Part shown: positions 46,073-55,721 of the stretch, piece by piece
Layout: each line of letters opens with the position of its first letter
How positions within the stretch are numbered: position 1 is the stretch's first letter
Source: an uncultured Candidatus Saccharibacteria bacterium
GTDB lineage: Bacteria; Patescibacteriota; Minisyncoccia; Phycocordibacterales; Phycocordibacteraceae
Assembly (NCBI GenBank): GCA_964360855.1
Contig: CAYHXV010000002.1
Location: 97 to 64,096 of the forward strand
Reading direction: 5' to 3'
Length of the DNA stretch: 64,000 nt
Program-made: the position numbers and the translations under genes
Notes under the pieces: model-generated
Seen by the model: the letters and a program-made list of their open reading frames with translations, nothing else
Told to the model about the DNA's origin: nothing
Database searches by the model: none

Positions 46073-46753
46073 CTACTTCGCCCGAGGCCACCGCTGCTCC
46101 GCTTCTGGCCATATTTTTGTTAGTGGATGCTCTGCGCACTCATGGGGAAGCGCCGGACACACATACCTGCCGTACAGAACCAGTCCATTATTCACATACT
46201 TCCAGTCCTCCGTAGGTACGAGTGCTTCCAAGTCCTTAGAGATCTTGGTAAGGTCTTTGCTGTCCGTTAGATCAAACCTCAAAGCAAACCTACGCACATG
46301 GGTGTCTGTTGGGATTCCCTCATAGATTCCGTAGAGCTCACCCAGTACGACGTGCGCGGTTTTGTATGCCACTCCCGGAAGCATAATGAGCTCCTTCTCG
46401 GTACGAGGTACGTCTCCCCCAAACTTATCCAGTACTACCTTTGCGGCACCAATAATGTGCTTGGTCTTGTTTTGAAAAAAGGTAATCGAGGAAATCATCT
46501 CTGCAAACTCACTCGGTTCTGCTTTGGCAAGGTCCTGAACACTGCTATATCTCTTAAACAGGGTCTTTGTTACCATGTTCACTTTCTTGTCCGTGCACTG
46601 CGCAGACAAAATAACCGCCACCACCAACTGAAATGGCGTCTCGTATTCGAGTTCTGTCTTTGGCTCTGGATACGTTTTCTTTAGATAGGCAACTATCCTT
46701 TCCATTCGCTCACGCCTCTCCAGTGTCTGCTTTGTTGGAAACAGTTCAGGCAT
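46073..46753 (-). CDS. nth: Endonuclease III
   Basis: FQLVVAVILSAQCTDKKVN, HhH LPGVAYKTAHVV, C-terminal Cys cluster C-X6-C-X2(PHEC)-AEH. Confidence 0.85.
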   Translation of the reverse strand: MPELFPTKQTLERRERMERIVAYLKKTYPEPKTELEYETPFQLVVAVILSAQCTDKKVNMVTKTLFKRYSSVQDLAKAEPSEFAEMISSITFFQNKTKHIIGAAKVVLDKFGGDVPRTEKELIMLPGVAYKTAHVVLGELYGIYEGIPTDTHVRRFALRFDLTDSKDLTKISKDLEALVPTEDWKYVNNGLVLYGRYVCPALPHECAEHPLTKIWPEAEQRWPRAK

Positions 46754-47213
46754 GCGCCTTCAAATCAGCAAGAACCTGTACCGCGTGCACTTCCGGCTTC
46801 ACGTTCTCATATATTTTGGCAATATTCCCTTTTGGATCAATGAGGAAGGAGGTACGGAAAATACCCTCATACTCGCGTCCCATCATCTTCTTGGTTCCCC
46901 ACACGCCGTATACCTGCACCATCTCCTTGCCCTCGTCCGCGAGGAGGGTGAACGGAAGAGTGTACTTCTCCGCAAACTTCTTGTGGCTGGCAACACTGTC
47001 TGCAGAAATACCAAACACCATTGCATTAAGTGCAGAGAAGTCAGGGAAGACATCCCGTATGGCTTGGGCTTCTTTGGTACACCCGGGCGTGTCGTCCTTA
47101 GGGTAAAAGTAGAGGAGTACCCACTTCCCTACGCACTCAGCAAGGGTATGCACCTCACCATTCTGATCAGGGAGTGAAAAGCTTGGAGCACGCTCACCAA
47201 CGGAAAGTTTCAT
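46746..47213 (-). CDS. bcp: Peroxiredoxin (Bcp/PrxQ type)
   Basis: GERAP.F.L.DQNG..H......GKWVLLYFYPKDDTPGCT peroxidatic Cys motif. Confidence 0.9.
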   Translation of the reverse strand: MKLSVGERAPSFSLPDQNGEVHTLAECVGKWVLLYFYPKDDTPGCTKEAQAIRDVFPDFSALNAMVFGISADSVASHKKFAEKYTLPFTLLADEGKEMVQVYGVWGTKKMMGREYEGIFRTSFLIDPKGNIAKIYENVKPEVHAVQVLADLKAHA

Positions 47214-47215
47214 AA

Positions 47216-48382
47216 TTATTGAAGTATATCTTCTTCAGGAGGATCGCTTCGGCTGAACCCTGCCCGGTATGCAATGGCAATGAGTGCACCGAGTGCTGCT
47301 GAGGTGAGCACACACACCACGAGAGGTCCAAGCACCGGAACCGAGCTCACCATATAGAGCGCCACGGTTCCAAGTACCGCCGTACGCCAGGTGATGCGGT
47401 CTTTCTTAAACAACGCACGAGAAAGAGCTGCGCCAGCAATAAGTCCTGCATACAAGTATGCGAGCATTAAAAGAAGCACGTAGAGCGCTGCAAGCAGTAC
47501 CGCAAGCGCAAATCCCACGAAGGAGATAAGGAGGAGCATGATAAGCACCGGGGTGGCAACAACAGTGGCAAATCCAAGAAGTGCAAAGAGTGACGACTTG
47601 CGTGGGGTTCGGCGCAGTGTTCGCTCCACCACCATCAATGCTAGTTGCGGGAAGAGACCCACCACCACTCCGGCCGCAATCACTATGGCCAGTATGCGCA
47701 CGACAAGAAGCACACCAGCGCCAGCGATAGCAAACCGCTTCGCTTCTTCGTTCGTGGGAAGGAATGCAGAGGAACCTGTGTAGGTTACTCCTCCGGCAAT
47801 TACCGCAGAAGCAGGTACCACTACCTGCTGGGGAGCGTCATATTTGAGGGAACCGGTAATCTGAGTACCCTCGGCGATGAATACCTTGTCTGAGGCCGTG
47901 ACGGTCACATCACCCTGAAGGAGACCAGAGAGATAGACATCAGCACCGTATACCATGACCTTCCCTCCGCTCCCACTAACGCGCACCGTTGCGCCAAGGA
48001 GGTGCATATCAGTGGCTGTGGTCGAGGCAGTGATGGTGCCTGCAATTGCCATCAAGTCTCCTCCAATAGTGCCGTCCACCAGTATCTCTCCTCCAACCGC
48101 ACGCACATCCCCCGCTACCGCCTTACGCACAGTTATCGTGCCTCCACCCAAAAGTGCATCCCCGGCAACACTCGAAGAAACAGAGAGGGTCGCGCCACTG
48201 GCAACTAAGTCCCCTCCTAAAGGAGCCGCCAGGGTGACATCGCTTCCTGCAACGTAGAGGTTCTCTGAAACGGGCTCAGAGACAACCACCGTGCGTGCCG
48301 AGGTGAGTGTTGCGGCACTAACAGACAAAGGAAGTGTTCCCAGAACTATGATTGCTAAGAGTACAGAAAAGCGTGAAATCAT
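47216..48382 (-). CDS. Secreted/membrane protein with bactofilin-like (polymer-forming beta-helix) repeats and C-terminal TM helices
   Basis: Signal peptide, then repeated ..G.V.G.v.a..G..I.V.G...GD.. units, then about 4 hydrophobic helices. Confidence 0.45.
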   Translation of the reverse strand: MISRFSVLLAIIVLGTLPLSVSAATLTSARTVVVSEPVSENLYVAGSDVTLAAPLGGDLVASGATLSVSSSVAGDALLGGGTITVRKAVAGDVRAVGGEILVDGTIGGDLMAIAGTITASTTATDMHLLGATVRVSGSGGKVMVYGADVYLSGLLQGDVTVTASDKVFIAEGTQITGSLKYDAPQQVVVPASAVIAGGVTYTGSSAFLPTNEEAKRFAIAGAGVLLVVRILAIVIAAGVVVGLFPQLALMVVERTLRRTPRKSSLFALLGFATVVATPVLIMLLLISFVGFALAVLLAALYVLLLMLAYLYAGLIAGAALSRALFKKDRITWRTAVLGTVALYMVSSVPVLGPLVVCVLTSAALGALIAIAYRAGFSRSDPPEEDILQ

Positions 48383-48825
48383 ACGGAAGGAACGTTACTC
48401 TTAGTCTTTCGCCAAAGGTCCTGCAGTACAAAGAATATGAGGAACGAAATACCAGCTGAACCAATGCAGTACACACACAGTGCCTTGATAAGTACGAACT
48501 GAATTGCCAGGAATACGAGAGACGCGAGTGCCCCCGCAATACTAAGCACGTAGAGTGCGCGAGTGAGGAAACGATCGTGAAGCACAAGAAGCAATGCCGC
48601 GAGCACAAAAGTCACGGCATAAAACCCAACCCCATAGAGCGCAAGGGGAATGCCCAAGAAGTGTGAATACGGACTCTTGGCAACAATGTTGCAGCCATCA
48701 AGCGCCGCGCCAAGGTCGCATGAGAGCGCAGTGTTGGAGAGCGCACTGGCGGTCAGGTACCAGGCGTCGGCAATCCCCGCAAAAGCTAAGAGGAGGAGAA
48801 TCCAAACAAGTGCAGTTCGGTGCAT
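48379..48825 (-). CDS. Vitamin K epoxide reductase (VKOR) family protein
   Basis: 4-TM protein with loop Cys pair (SCDLG...GCN) and CVYC active site. Confidence 0.7.
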   Translation of the reverse strand: MHRTALVWILLLLAFAGIADAWYLTASALSNTALSCDLGAALDGCNIVAKSPYSHFLGIPLALYGVGFYAVTFVLAALLLVLHDRFLTRALYVLSIAGALASLVFLAIQFVLIKALCVYCIGSAGISFLIFFVLQDLWRKTKSNVPSV

Positions 48826-48879
48826 GGGCTAATCGTACCGTGGCCTTGGAGCTCGGGCAATGGTGCTAAAATTAAGCCT

Positions 48880-49266
48880 ATGGAACATGAAGAATTGAGT
48901 GAGGAAGAGATTCGGGCGAGACTGAGCCCCGAGGAATATCGGGTCTTGCGTCAGGCGGGTACCGAGGCACCCTTTTCGGGTGAGTATGTAGACAACCACG
49001 ATACCGGCATGTACCACTGCCGCGCGTGTGGAGTGGCACTCTTCTCTTCAGACAAGAAGTTTGATTCAGGGAGCGGTTGGCCTTCCTTCACCGACCCAGC
49101 AGTAGCAGAGAATGTAGGCACTCGCCTTGAAGCAGACGGCAGAACCGAAGTGTACTGCAAGAACTGCAATAGCCACCTGGGTCATGTGTTCAATGATGGG
49201 CCCAAGGAAGCGGGAGGAAAGCGATATTGTATCAATTCGGTGAGTCTTGCGTTTGAACAAGAATAG
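48880..49266 (+). CDS. msrB: Peptide-methionine (R)-S-oxide reductase MsrB
   Basis: CxxC...CxxC zinc site (CRACG, CKNCNSHLGHVF) and catalytic Cys in RYCINS. Confidence 0.9.
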   Translation: MEHEELSEEEIRARLSPEEYRVLRQAGTEAPFSGEYVDNHDTGMYHCRACGVALFSSDKKFDSGSGWPSFTDPAVAENVGTRLEADGRTEVYCKNCNSHLGHVFNDGPKEAGGKRYCINSVSLAFEQE

Positions 49267-49285
49267 AAGCCCTCGAGTCGTATTC

Positions 49286-49735
49286 CTATTCGGCTCCTTC
49301 AATCTTATGCTGGTACTTCTTCAGCCAAGCGGGGAATTGTGAGTGAAGCGGTGTCGGAAGATCGTCAAGGCGAAACCAACCCACTTCATCAAATTTGTGG
49401 GGCTCGGCATTATATGCTTTCTCACGATCAATCTGCACCAGAAAATCTAGCCCTACCCAGTGAGTTGGTTTCCCTGCCTGTTCTCGAAAAATGTCACTGT
49501 ATCCCATAAACTCGTGCGAAATAATCTCGGTGCCATATTCTTCACGTATTTCTTTGCGCAGAGTGTCTTCAACACTATCCCTAAAGTCTACGCCTCCTCC
49601 TCCTGAGTCCCAGCAGCCATGCTCGTCGCGGCAGCGTACACTTCGCTTGGCGAAGAAATACTCTCCATTCCCGTCGTGACACAGGAACGAAACGGTGACC
49701 CCTGGATAGTCTTCTCCCTTTTTCATATATGACAC
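49286..49735 (-). CDS. NUDIX hydrolase
   Basis: NUDIX box GGGVDFRDSVEDTLRKEIREEYG. Confidence 0.8.
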   Translation of the reverse strand: MSYMKKGEDYPGVTVSFLCHDGNGEYFFAKRSVRCRDEHGCWDSGGGGVDFRDSVEDTLRKEIREEYGTEIISHEFMGYSDIFREQAGKPTHWVGLDFLVQIDREKAYNAEPHKFDEVGWFRLDDLPTPLHSQFPAWLKKYQHKIEGAE

Positions 49736-50190
49736 ACCGCGTTCGGGTGCTTTTCAAAATACCGCTGATGATATTCTTCGGCCCTATAAAATTCTGTGGC
49801 TTCGATGACTTCGGTGACAATTGTTTGTGGGTAGTAGTTTGGCGCAAGTTCCTTCACTATCTTTTCTGCAATCTCTCTTTGTCCTTGGTTGAGATAAAAA
49901 ATTCCTGATCGATACTGACTACCCACATCAGGGCCCTGACGATTCAATTCAGTCGGATTATGAATGGTGAAGAACTTCCGCACCAGTGCTTCATATGAGA
50001 TCTGCTCTGAATCAAAGGTTACCCGTACTGCTTCTGCATGCCCAGTTGTGCCCGTACACACGTTTTCATACGTTGGGTTTTCTTGAGTTCCACCTAGGTA
50101 TCCACTTTCAGCATCCACTACTCCCGGCACATCGAGAAATGCTTTCTCGATTCCCCAGAAGCACCCCGCGGCAAATATGGCCTGTTCCAT
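49723..50190 (-). CDS. msrA: Peptide-methionine (S)-S-oxide reductase MsrA
   Basis: AGCFWG active-site motif; start at internal MEQAIF. Confidence 0.9.
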   Translation of the reverse strand: MEQAIFAAGCFWGIEKAFLDVPGVVDAESGYLGGTQENPTYENVCTGTTGHAEAVRVTFDSEQISYEALVRKFFTIHNPTELNRQGPDVGSQYRSGIFYLNQGQREIAEKIVKELAPNYYPQTIVTEVIEATEFYRAEEYHQRYFEKHPNAVCHI

Positions 50191-50612
50191 AGCACCAGTA
50201 TAGCAACCTTGTTGATGCGCGATGGGTTCTAGAGAATAGAGGGATTTGATCACTGACAGGACGAATACGAGTAGGCACCTACTCGCCTTATCCACTAGCT
50301 TCAATCGCATGCCTATATTTCAGGCACTTGGGCTCGGGATACTGATACTCGTCCTTCAGTCACTCGCTCCCACAGTCCTTCACCAAACTGAATCTACCGT
50401 ACTTGCCTTCTTGCGTGGTGCTGAGCTTTCAGCAAACATGGCAACGTCTCTTGTTGCCTCTGTTGGCTCGATTGAACCTCCTCGATTGCCCTCGGCACTC
50501 CCGGATTTTCCGCTCCCGCAAGTATCTCAAGTTCGTAGTTTCTAGTTTCCCCTCACTCAGTCAGACACCCGTCTGGCTGTGTTTGTTTATACAAAAGGTA
50601 TACTGCTTCCAC

Positions 50613-51221
50613 ATGATCACCGACCTCTTTGGTATTCCTCTCACCGACCTCGTACAAACTGCGGGCTATCTCGGCATATTCGCTATTGTGCTTTCTGAGT
50701 CCGGACTCCCGTTTGGGTTTATCTTTCCGGGCGATACTCTCCTCTTTGTGGCAGGACTGCTCGCCTCACAAGGGGTATTTAACATCGCACTCCTCCTACT
50801 TCTTACCACCAGTGCCGCCATTATTGGCGACAGTATTGGGTACGCCACCGGAAAGTATGTGGGTCCCCGACTGTTTGCCGGGAAGCGGGGATTCTTTTTT
50901 AATGACCGAACCATACAAAAGACTGAGGCATTCTACGCACGCTATGGTGTCCGGGCACTTATTTTTGCACGGTTTGTGCCCACCGTGCGCACCTTCGTGC
51001 CCATCTTTGCGGGTGTGGGAAACATGAAATATCGCACCTTCCTGACATACAACATTGTGGGGGGTGTTCTGTGGGGTACAGGGGTGACCTACCTCGGATA
51101 TGCACTTGGAAATGTGTTCCCAAACCTTGAGCACTACCTCCTTCCTATTATTGTGGCCATCATCATTGCTTCCTCCACTCCCCTTCTCTACGAGGTGTGG
51201 CAGGCAAGAAAGAAGTCTTAG
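50613..51221 (+). CDS. DedA family (SNARE-associated/TVP38) membrane protein
   Basis: ESGLPFGFIFPGDTLLFVAG... DedA signature, about 200 aa, 4-5 TM. Confidence 0.75.
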   Translation: MITDLFGIPLTDLVQTAGYLGIFAIVLSESGLPFGFIFPGDTLLFVAGLLASQGVFNIALLLLLTTSAAIIGDSIGYATGKYVGPRLFAGKRGFFFNDRTIQKTEAFYARYGVRALIFARFVPTVRTFVPIFAGVGNMKYRTFLTYNIVGGVLWGTGVTYLGYALGNVFPNLEHYLLPIIVAIIIASSTPLLYEVWQARKKS

Positions 51222-51430
51222 AGCGCACTCTGGTTCTCTATTGCATTTATGAATGCGCGCTTCTCGTATTCAATACCGAGCCAGATACCAAGTAGGAACA
51301 CACCCACAAATAGCACTACTGCCACAAGTTGCGAGAACTGCGTCACCCGAGTCCATTCTGTTTTCATGTACTAAGCATACCAGAAAGAGCGACTCCTCGG
51401 AGCCGCTCTTTCTGAGAACACCTATCCTAC

Positions 51431-52138
51431 TTACTTCTTCAGTGCCTCATCTACCGCAGCTGCTACCGCTGCATAGGGCACCGCTCCAGAGAGAAGCTTG
51501 GTTCCCACAATCACACTTGGCGTGCCATTAATCCCAAAGGAAGCACCCTCAGCTCGAGATGCAGTAATACGCTTAGTGTACTCCGCCTTCTTGCTTTCCA
51601 TCAGTGACTTTACTTTAGCAATATCAATACCAGGAACTTTCTCTTTGGTTACCTTCTCGATAGAGGCGAGATCGCCAAAGCCCTGGTCCCCTTCATCGTC
51701 CTGAGCGTCCATAACTGCGGTCAACCAATCATGGAATAGATCAGGAGATGCGTCCCATACCGCATGCGCAAAGAGTGCCGCTGTTTGAGAGTCCTCTCCC
51801 AGGAACTGGAAGTCCTTGAAGACAATCTTCAACTTCCCTGCCTTCACATAATCCTCTATGAGCTTCGGTGTGATGGTCTGTTCAAACTGTTTGCAGAATG
51901 GGCACTGGTAATCAAACCAAACCACTAGTGTTGCCGGAGCAGTTGGACTTCCAATGAATGGTTCACCATCCGTGGTGACGTCCTTCACGTCTACACTCAC
52001 CGCAGGCTGTGCACCGTCATTCTTTGGTGCGCCGCCCTGCCCAAACATAAACGCAAGCGCAATAATTCCCGCCCCCACTATCACCGCAATGGGGGTGAGA
52101 TACTTTTCAATAAATCCTCCGGATGTTGTCTGTTCCAT
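51431..52138 (-). CDS. DsbA-like thiol:disulfide oxidoreductase, membrane-anchored
   Basis: N-terminal TM, CPFC thioredoxin-fold active site. Confidence 0.8.
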   Translation of the reverse strand: MEQTTSGGFIEKYLTPIAVIVGAGIIALAFMFGQGGAPKNDGAQPAVSVDVKDVTTDGEPFIGSPTAPATLVVWFDYQCPFCKQFEQTITPKLIEDYVKAGKLKIVFKDFQFLGEDSQTAALFAHAVWDASPDLFHDWLTAVMDAQDDEGDQGFGDLASIEKVTKEKVPGIDIAKVKSLMESKKAEYTKRITASRAEGASFGINGTPSVIVGTKLLSGAVPYAAVAAAVDEALKK

Positions 52139-52235
52139 AACGAGTTAGATGCCCTTTAGTTACAATAATCCCCAGTATAGCAGAAAGCCCGAAGCTGCAA
52201 GCTCCGGGCTTTCTGGGTTCTATGTACTCACTGTT

Positions 52236-53636
52236 TTAGGCACCAATAAAGGTAAGGGCCTTTCCAGCTTCTCCGGCGCGGCCGGTACGGCCGATACGGT
52301 GCGTATAGTCTTCGTAGCTTGCCGGGAGATCGTAGTTAATCACGTGGGAGACTCCTGAGATGTCGAGTCCGCGTGCGGCTACGTCGGTTGCAACAAGCAC
52401 ATTCACCTCGCCACGCTTGAACGCGCCCAGTGCCTTTTGTCGAGCACCGTGCGTCTTGTCTCCGTGAATGCTCTCGGCACGAATGCCGCCAGCACGTAGG
52501 TCCTTAGTGAGACGCTCCACGCCGTGTTTAGTTCGTCCGAAGACGAGTACGCGCTTCGCCGCTTCGTCCCTAAGAATCTCAGAAAGCTTCTCAAACTTTT
52601 CAGAAGCATGTGCACGAATAACATCCTGGTCAATGGTGTGCGAGGTCTCACGAGTCTTAACCGTTACGCGCACAGGCTTCGTCAGGAAGTCTCCAATCAG
52701 GCGTTCAATGTCTCGAGACATAGTTGCGGAGAAGAAAAGCGTGTGACGCTTGGCACGCATCTTGCTCATGATGAAACGCATATCATCAATGAATCCCATG
52801 TCGAGCATGCGATCTGCCTCGTCCAGTACAAGGGTACCGAAGTGGGTCAGATCAAGCTCCCTGCGCTCCATAAGGTCCTTCAGACGTCCTGGCGTACCAA
52901 TAACGAAAGCCGGGTTACGGCGAAGCACACGAACCTGAGGGCTAATGTTTGCTCCTCCTACGCAGGTGACGGACGCAAGGCCAAGCCCCTTGGCAAAGCC
53001 CCAGAATTCCTCTTCAATCTGAATAGCGAGTTCGCGCGTTGGCACCATGATAAGTACGCGCTCTGGTTGATTGAGTGCGCGGAACTTGAGTACCTTATCT
53101 ATGAGGGGAATAAGAAAAGCTGCTGTCTTTCCAGTTCCGGTATTAGCCAAACCTACAATGTCTTCCCCCTTAAGTACGTGAGGGATGGACTGGTCCTGAA
53201 TTGGGGTTGGGAGGGTGTATCCCTTCTTGGCAATGTTCTCCTTGAGACGCTCATCGATAGCAAAGCCCGCAAATGCGTGCTCGGGCACATATGCTTCTAC
53301 GTGCTCAGGAGCGGTTGCCTTATTGATAAGCTTTGAGATATCCACATCCATTTCCTGATAGTTGCGCTTGCCGCGAGAGGGGGTGCTGGTACGCTGAGAG
53401 CTACCACGACTTCCCCCACCGCGAGAGTCGCGGCGCGGTCCGTTACTGAATGAGGATCGGCTACGACGCTGCTCTACCGGAGCGGTAGCAGGACGCTTAA
53501 AACCACCCTCAAGGGCGAAGCGCATACCGGCTTCGTATGCAGAACTGTTTTGCGGAGCGCGTCCACGAGAACTTCCTCCACGGAAGCTACCGGCGCGGCT
53601 TGGGCCTCGCGAGCGCGAATTATTTGGTTGATTCAT
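52236..53636 (-). CDS. DEAD-box ATP-dependent RNA helicase with RG-rich C-terminal tail
   Basis: Q-motif, GTGKT, DEAD (VLDEADRMLDMGF), SAT, HRIGRTGRAG; C-terminal RGG/SR-rich region. Confidence 0.9.
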   Translation of the reverse strand: MNQPNNSRSRGPSRAGSFRGGSSRGRAPQNSSAYEAGMRFALEGGFKRPATAPVEQRRSRSSFSNGPRRDSRGGGSRGSSQRTSTPSRGKRNYQEMDVDISKLINKATAPEHVEAYVPEHAFAGFAIDERLKENIAKKGYTLPTPIQDQSIPHVLKGEDIVGLANTGTGKTAAFLIPLIDKVLKFRALNQPERVLIMVPTRELAIQIEEEFWGFAKGLGLASVTCVGGANISPQVRVLRRNPAFVIGTPGRLKDLMERRELDLTHFGTLVLDEADRMLDMGFIDDMRFIMSKMRAKRHTLFFSATMSRDIERLIGDFLTKPVRVTVKTRETSHTIDQDVIRAHASEKFEKLSEILRDEAAKRVLVFGRTKHGVERLTKDLRAGGIRAESIHGDKTHGARQKALGAFKRGEVNVLVATDVAARGLDISGVSHVINYDLPASYEDYTHRIGRTGRAGEAGKALTFIGA

Positions 53637-53837
53637 TATGGTGATTCTTTGCGGAGGCGCGCCTTACGCGCTACTTCCTTGGTTTGTATGACCAGTGCGC
53701 ATAGGCGCTTGGCTGCAACGTCTCGAGTCTCTCAGCAGTAGCTGGTCTCGAGGCTAGCAAAAGCGGCTCAAGACGGAAAACGTAAGGAGAAACGTTGTAT
53801 AAATCCATTATAGCTCCCTTTGGCTAAAATAGCAAGA

Positions 53838-53862
53838 AGCCGCCATGCGGCGGCCTATTTGC
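53838..53862 (-). terminator. Terminator of typA
   Basis: gccgcc-atg-cggcggc hairpin, minus strand followed by ctattttagcc. Confidence 0.45.
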
Positions 53863-55647
53863 TTAACGACGAGCCTTCGCGCGCTCTGAATCGGTCAGAA
53901 ACTGCTTACGCAAGCGAACGCTCTTAGGGGTGATTTCGAGATAATCGTCCTCGGTCATCACTTCGAGCCCACGCTCAATGGTAAGAATGAATGGGGGCAC
54001 AAGGTTGATAGCCTCGTCCATTCCTGAAGAGCGCACGTTTGACTGGTTCTTACCCTTGGTTGGGTTTGCCTGCATCTCCTCACCCTTACTCGTGTTTCCG
54101 ATAACCATACCCTCATACACTTCGGTAGCCGGAGTAATGTACAACACACCGCGCTCCTGAAGTCCCCAGAGTGCATAGCCAAGAGCCTTCCCCGTGGCCA
54201 TAGAAATCATAGAACCTACTTGGCGTTTCTTGATCTCTCCGGCGTATGGCTTGAATCCAAGAACGCGAGACGAGAGAATTCCCTCTCCCTTGGTGTCCAC
54301 CACAAACTGTCCACGGTATCCGAGGAGTCCACGCGTTGGGCCCTCAAAGGTGAGGCGAACGGCGTTCTCATTTTGGGTGAGGTTCTGCAAGACAAAACTT
54401 CGAAGTCCAAGGCGCTCAATAATAGAACCCTGATACTCGCTTGGGGTATCGATAATGACCTCCTCAAACGGTTCACTCTTCACCCCGTCTATCTCACGAA
54501 TAATTACCTGAGGCTGAGAGACCTGCATTTCATAGTCCGCGCGCCGCATGTTCTCAAGGAGAATAGCGAGGTGCAGCTCACCGCGGCCTGATACCTTAAA
54601 GGCGTCCGGAGATACGAAGTCCACTTTCAGTCCGACGTTAACTTCAAGCTCGCGCTCGAGATATTCGCGTAGCTGACGACTGGTTACGTACTTCCCTTCT
54701 TTCCCTGCAAACGGAGAGTTGTTCACCAGGAAATTGACCGTGATAGTTGGCTCGTCAATGGCAATAGCCGGCATTGGTTCGGTTGCCTCGTCGGTGGTAA
54801 TAGTCTCTCCAATGTAGGCGTCACTAATCCCCGCCACAATTACAATGTCTCCTGCTACCGCCTCAGGCACGTCCACTCGCTCGAGACCCTTAAAGGTGAA
54901 TAGTTTGGTTATTTTCGCCGAACGACTTTCACCGTCTGGCTTCTTTACCAATACGGTCTGTCCTGCTTTTACTACTCCTTCGTACACACGACCAATAGCC
55001 AAACGACCAAGGAAGTTGTCGTACGCCAAGTTAAATGTCTGAAGCTTGAGTGGCTTATCAGCACTTTCCTGACTAGAAGTAGGAGCAACCTTCTCCAAAA
55101 TTACATCAAGAAGTGGTGAGAGATCCTTGCGCTCATCGTCGAGCTTGCGCATAGCCACCCCTTCGCGACCAATGGCATACACGGTGGTAAAGTCGGACTG
55201 TTCATCACTTGCACCAAGTTCAAGGAAAAGCTCGAGCACCTGTTCCTCTGCCCAATCGGCGTTAGCTGCAGGCTTGTCTATTTTGTTCAATACCACGATA
55301 GGCTTAAGGCCGAGCTCGAGAGACTTCTTCAATACGAAACGAGTCTGGGGCATTGGTCCTTCCTGTGCGTCCACAATGAGGAGCACGGAGTCGATGGAGC
55401 GCAATACGCGCTCCACTTCAGAACCAAAGTCGGAGTGGCCAGGAGTGTCCACGATGTTAATCTTCGTTCCTTTGTACTCAATGGAGGTGTTCTTGGAGTA
55501 GATGGTAATACCGCGCTCGTGCTCAATGGTGTTTGAGTCCATAGACACACCCTCAGCAGCAGCTCCCGTCTGCTTCATGATGGCGTCTGTGAGCGTGGTC
55601 TTGCCGTGGTCCACGTGAGCGATGATGGCGATGTTGCGTATTTCCAT
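53863..55647 (-). CDS. typA: Translational GTPase TypA/BipA
   Basis: IIAHVDHGKTTL, DTPGH, BipA-type C-terminal domain; about 594 aa. Confidence 0.9.
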   Translation of the reverse strand: MEIRNIAIIAHVDHGKTTLTDAIMKQTGAAAEGVSMDSNTIEHERGITIYSKNTSIEYKGTKINIVDTPGHSDFGSEVERVLRSIDSVLLIVDAQEGPMPQTRFVLKKSLELGLKPIVVLNKIDKPAANADWAEEQVLELFLELGASDEQSDFTTVYAIGREGVAMRKLDDERKDLSPLLDVILEKVAPTSSQESADKPLKLQTFNLAYDNFLGRLAIGRVYEGVVKAGQTVLVKKPDGESRSAKITKLFTFKGLERVDVPEAVAGDIVIVAGISDAYIGETITTDEATEPMPAIAIDEPTITVNFLVNNSPFAGKEGKYVTSRQLREYLERELEVNVGLKVDFVSPDAFKVSGRGELHLAILLENMRRADYEMQVSQPQVIIREIDGVKSEPFEEVIIDTPSEYQGSIIERLGLRSFVLQNLTQNENAVRLTFEGPTRGLLGYRGQFVVDTKGEGILSSRVLGFKPYAGEIKKRQVGSMISMATGKALGYALWGLQERGVLYITPATEVYEGMVIGNTSKGEEMQANPTKGKNQSNVRSSGMDEAINLVPPFILTIERGLEVMTEDDYLEITPKSVRLRKQFLTDSERAKARR

Positions 55648-55686
55648 AATAGATAAAATAAAAATGCCCCTCGGGCGATTGACTTC

Positions 55687-55715
55687 AATATACCGTTATA
55701 TGGGTGGGGCGTCAA
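55687..55715 (-). promoter_or_regulatory. Putative sigma70 promoter for typA (TTGACG-17-TATATT)
   Basis: Hexamers and spacer read on the minus strand about 40 nt upstream of the ATG. Confidence 0.4.
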
Positions 55716-55721
55716 TCTGCG

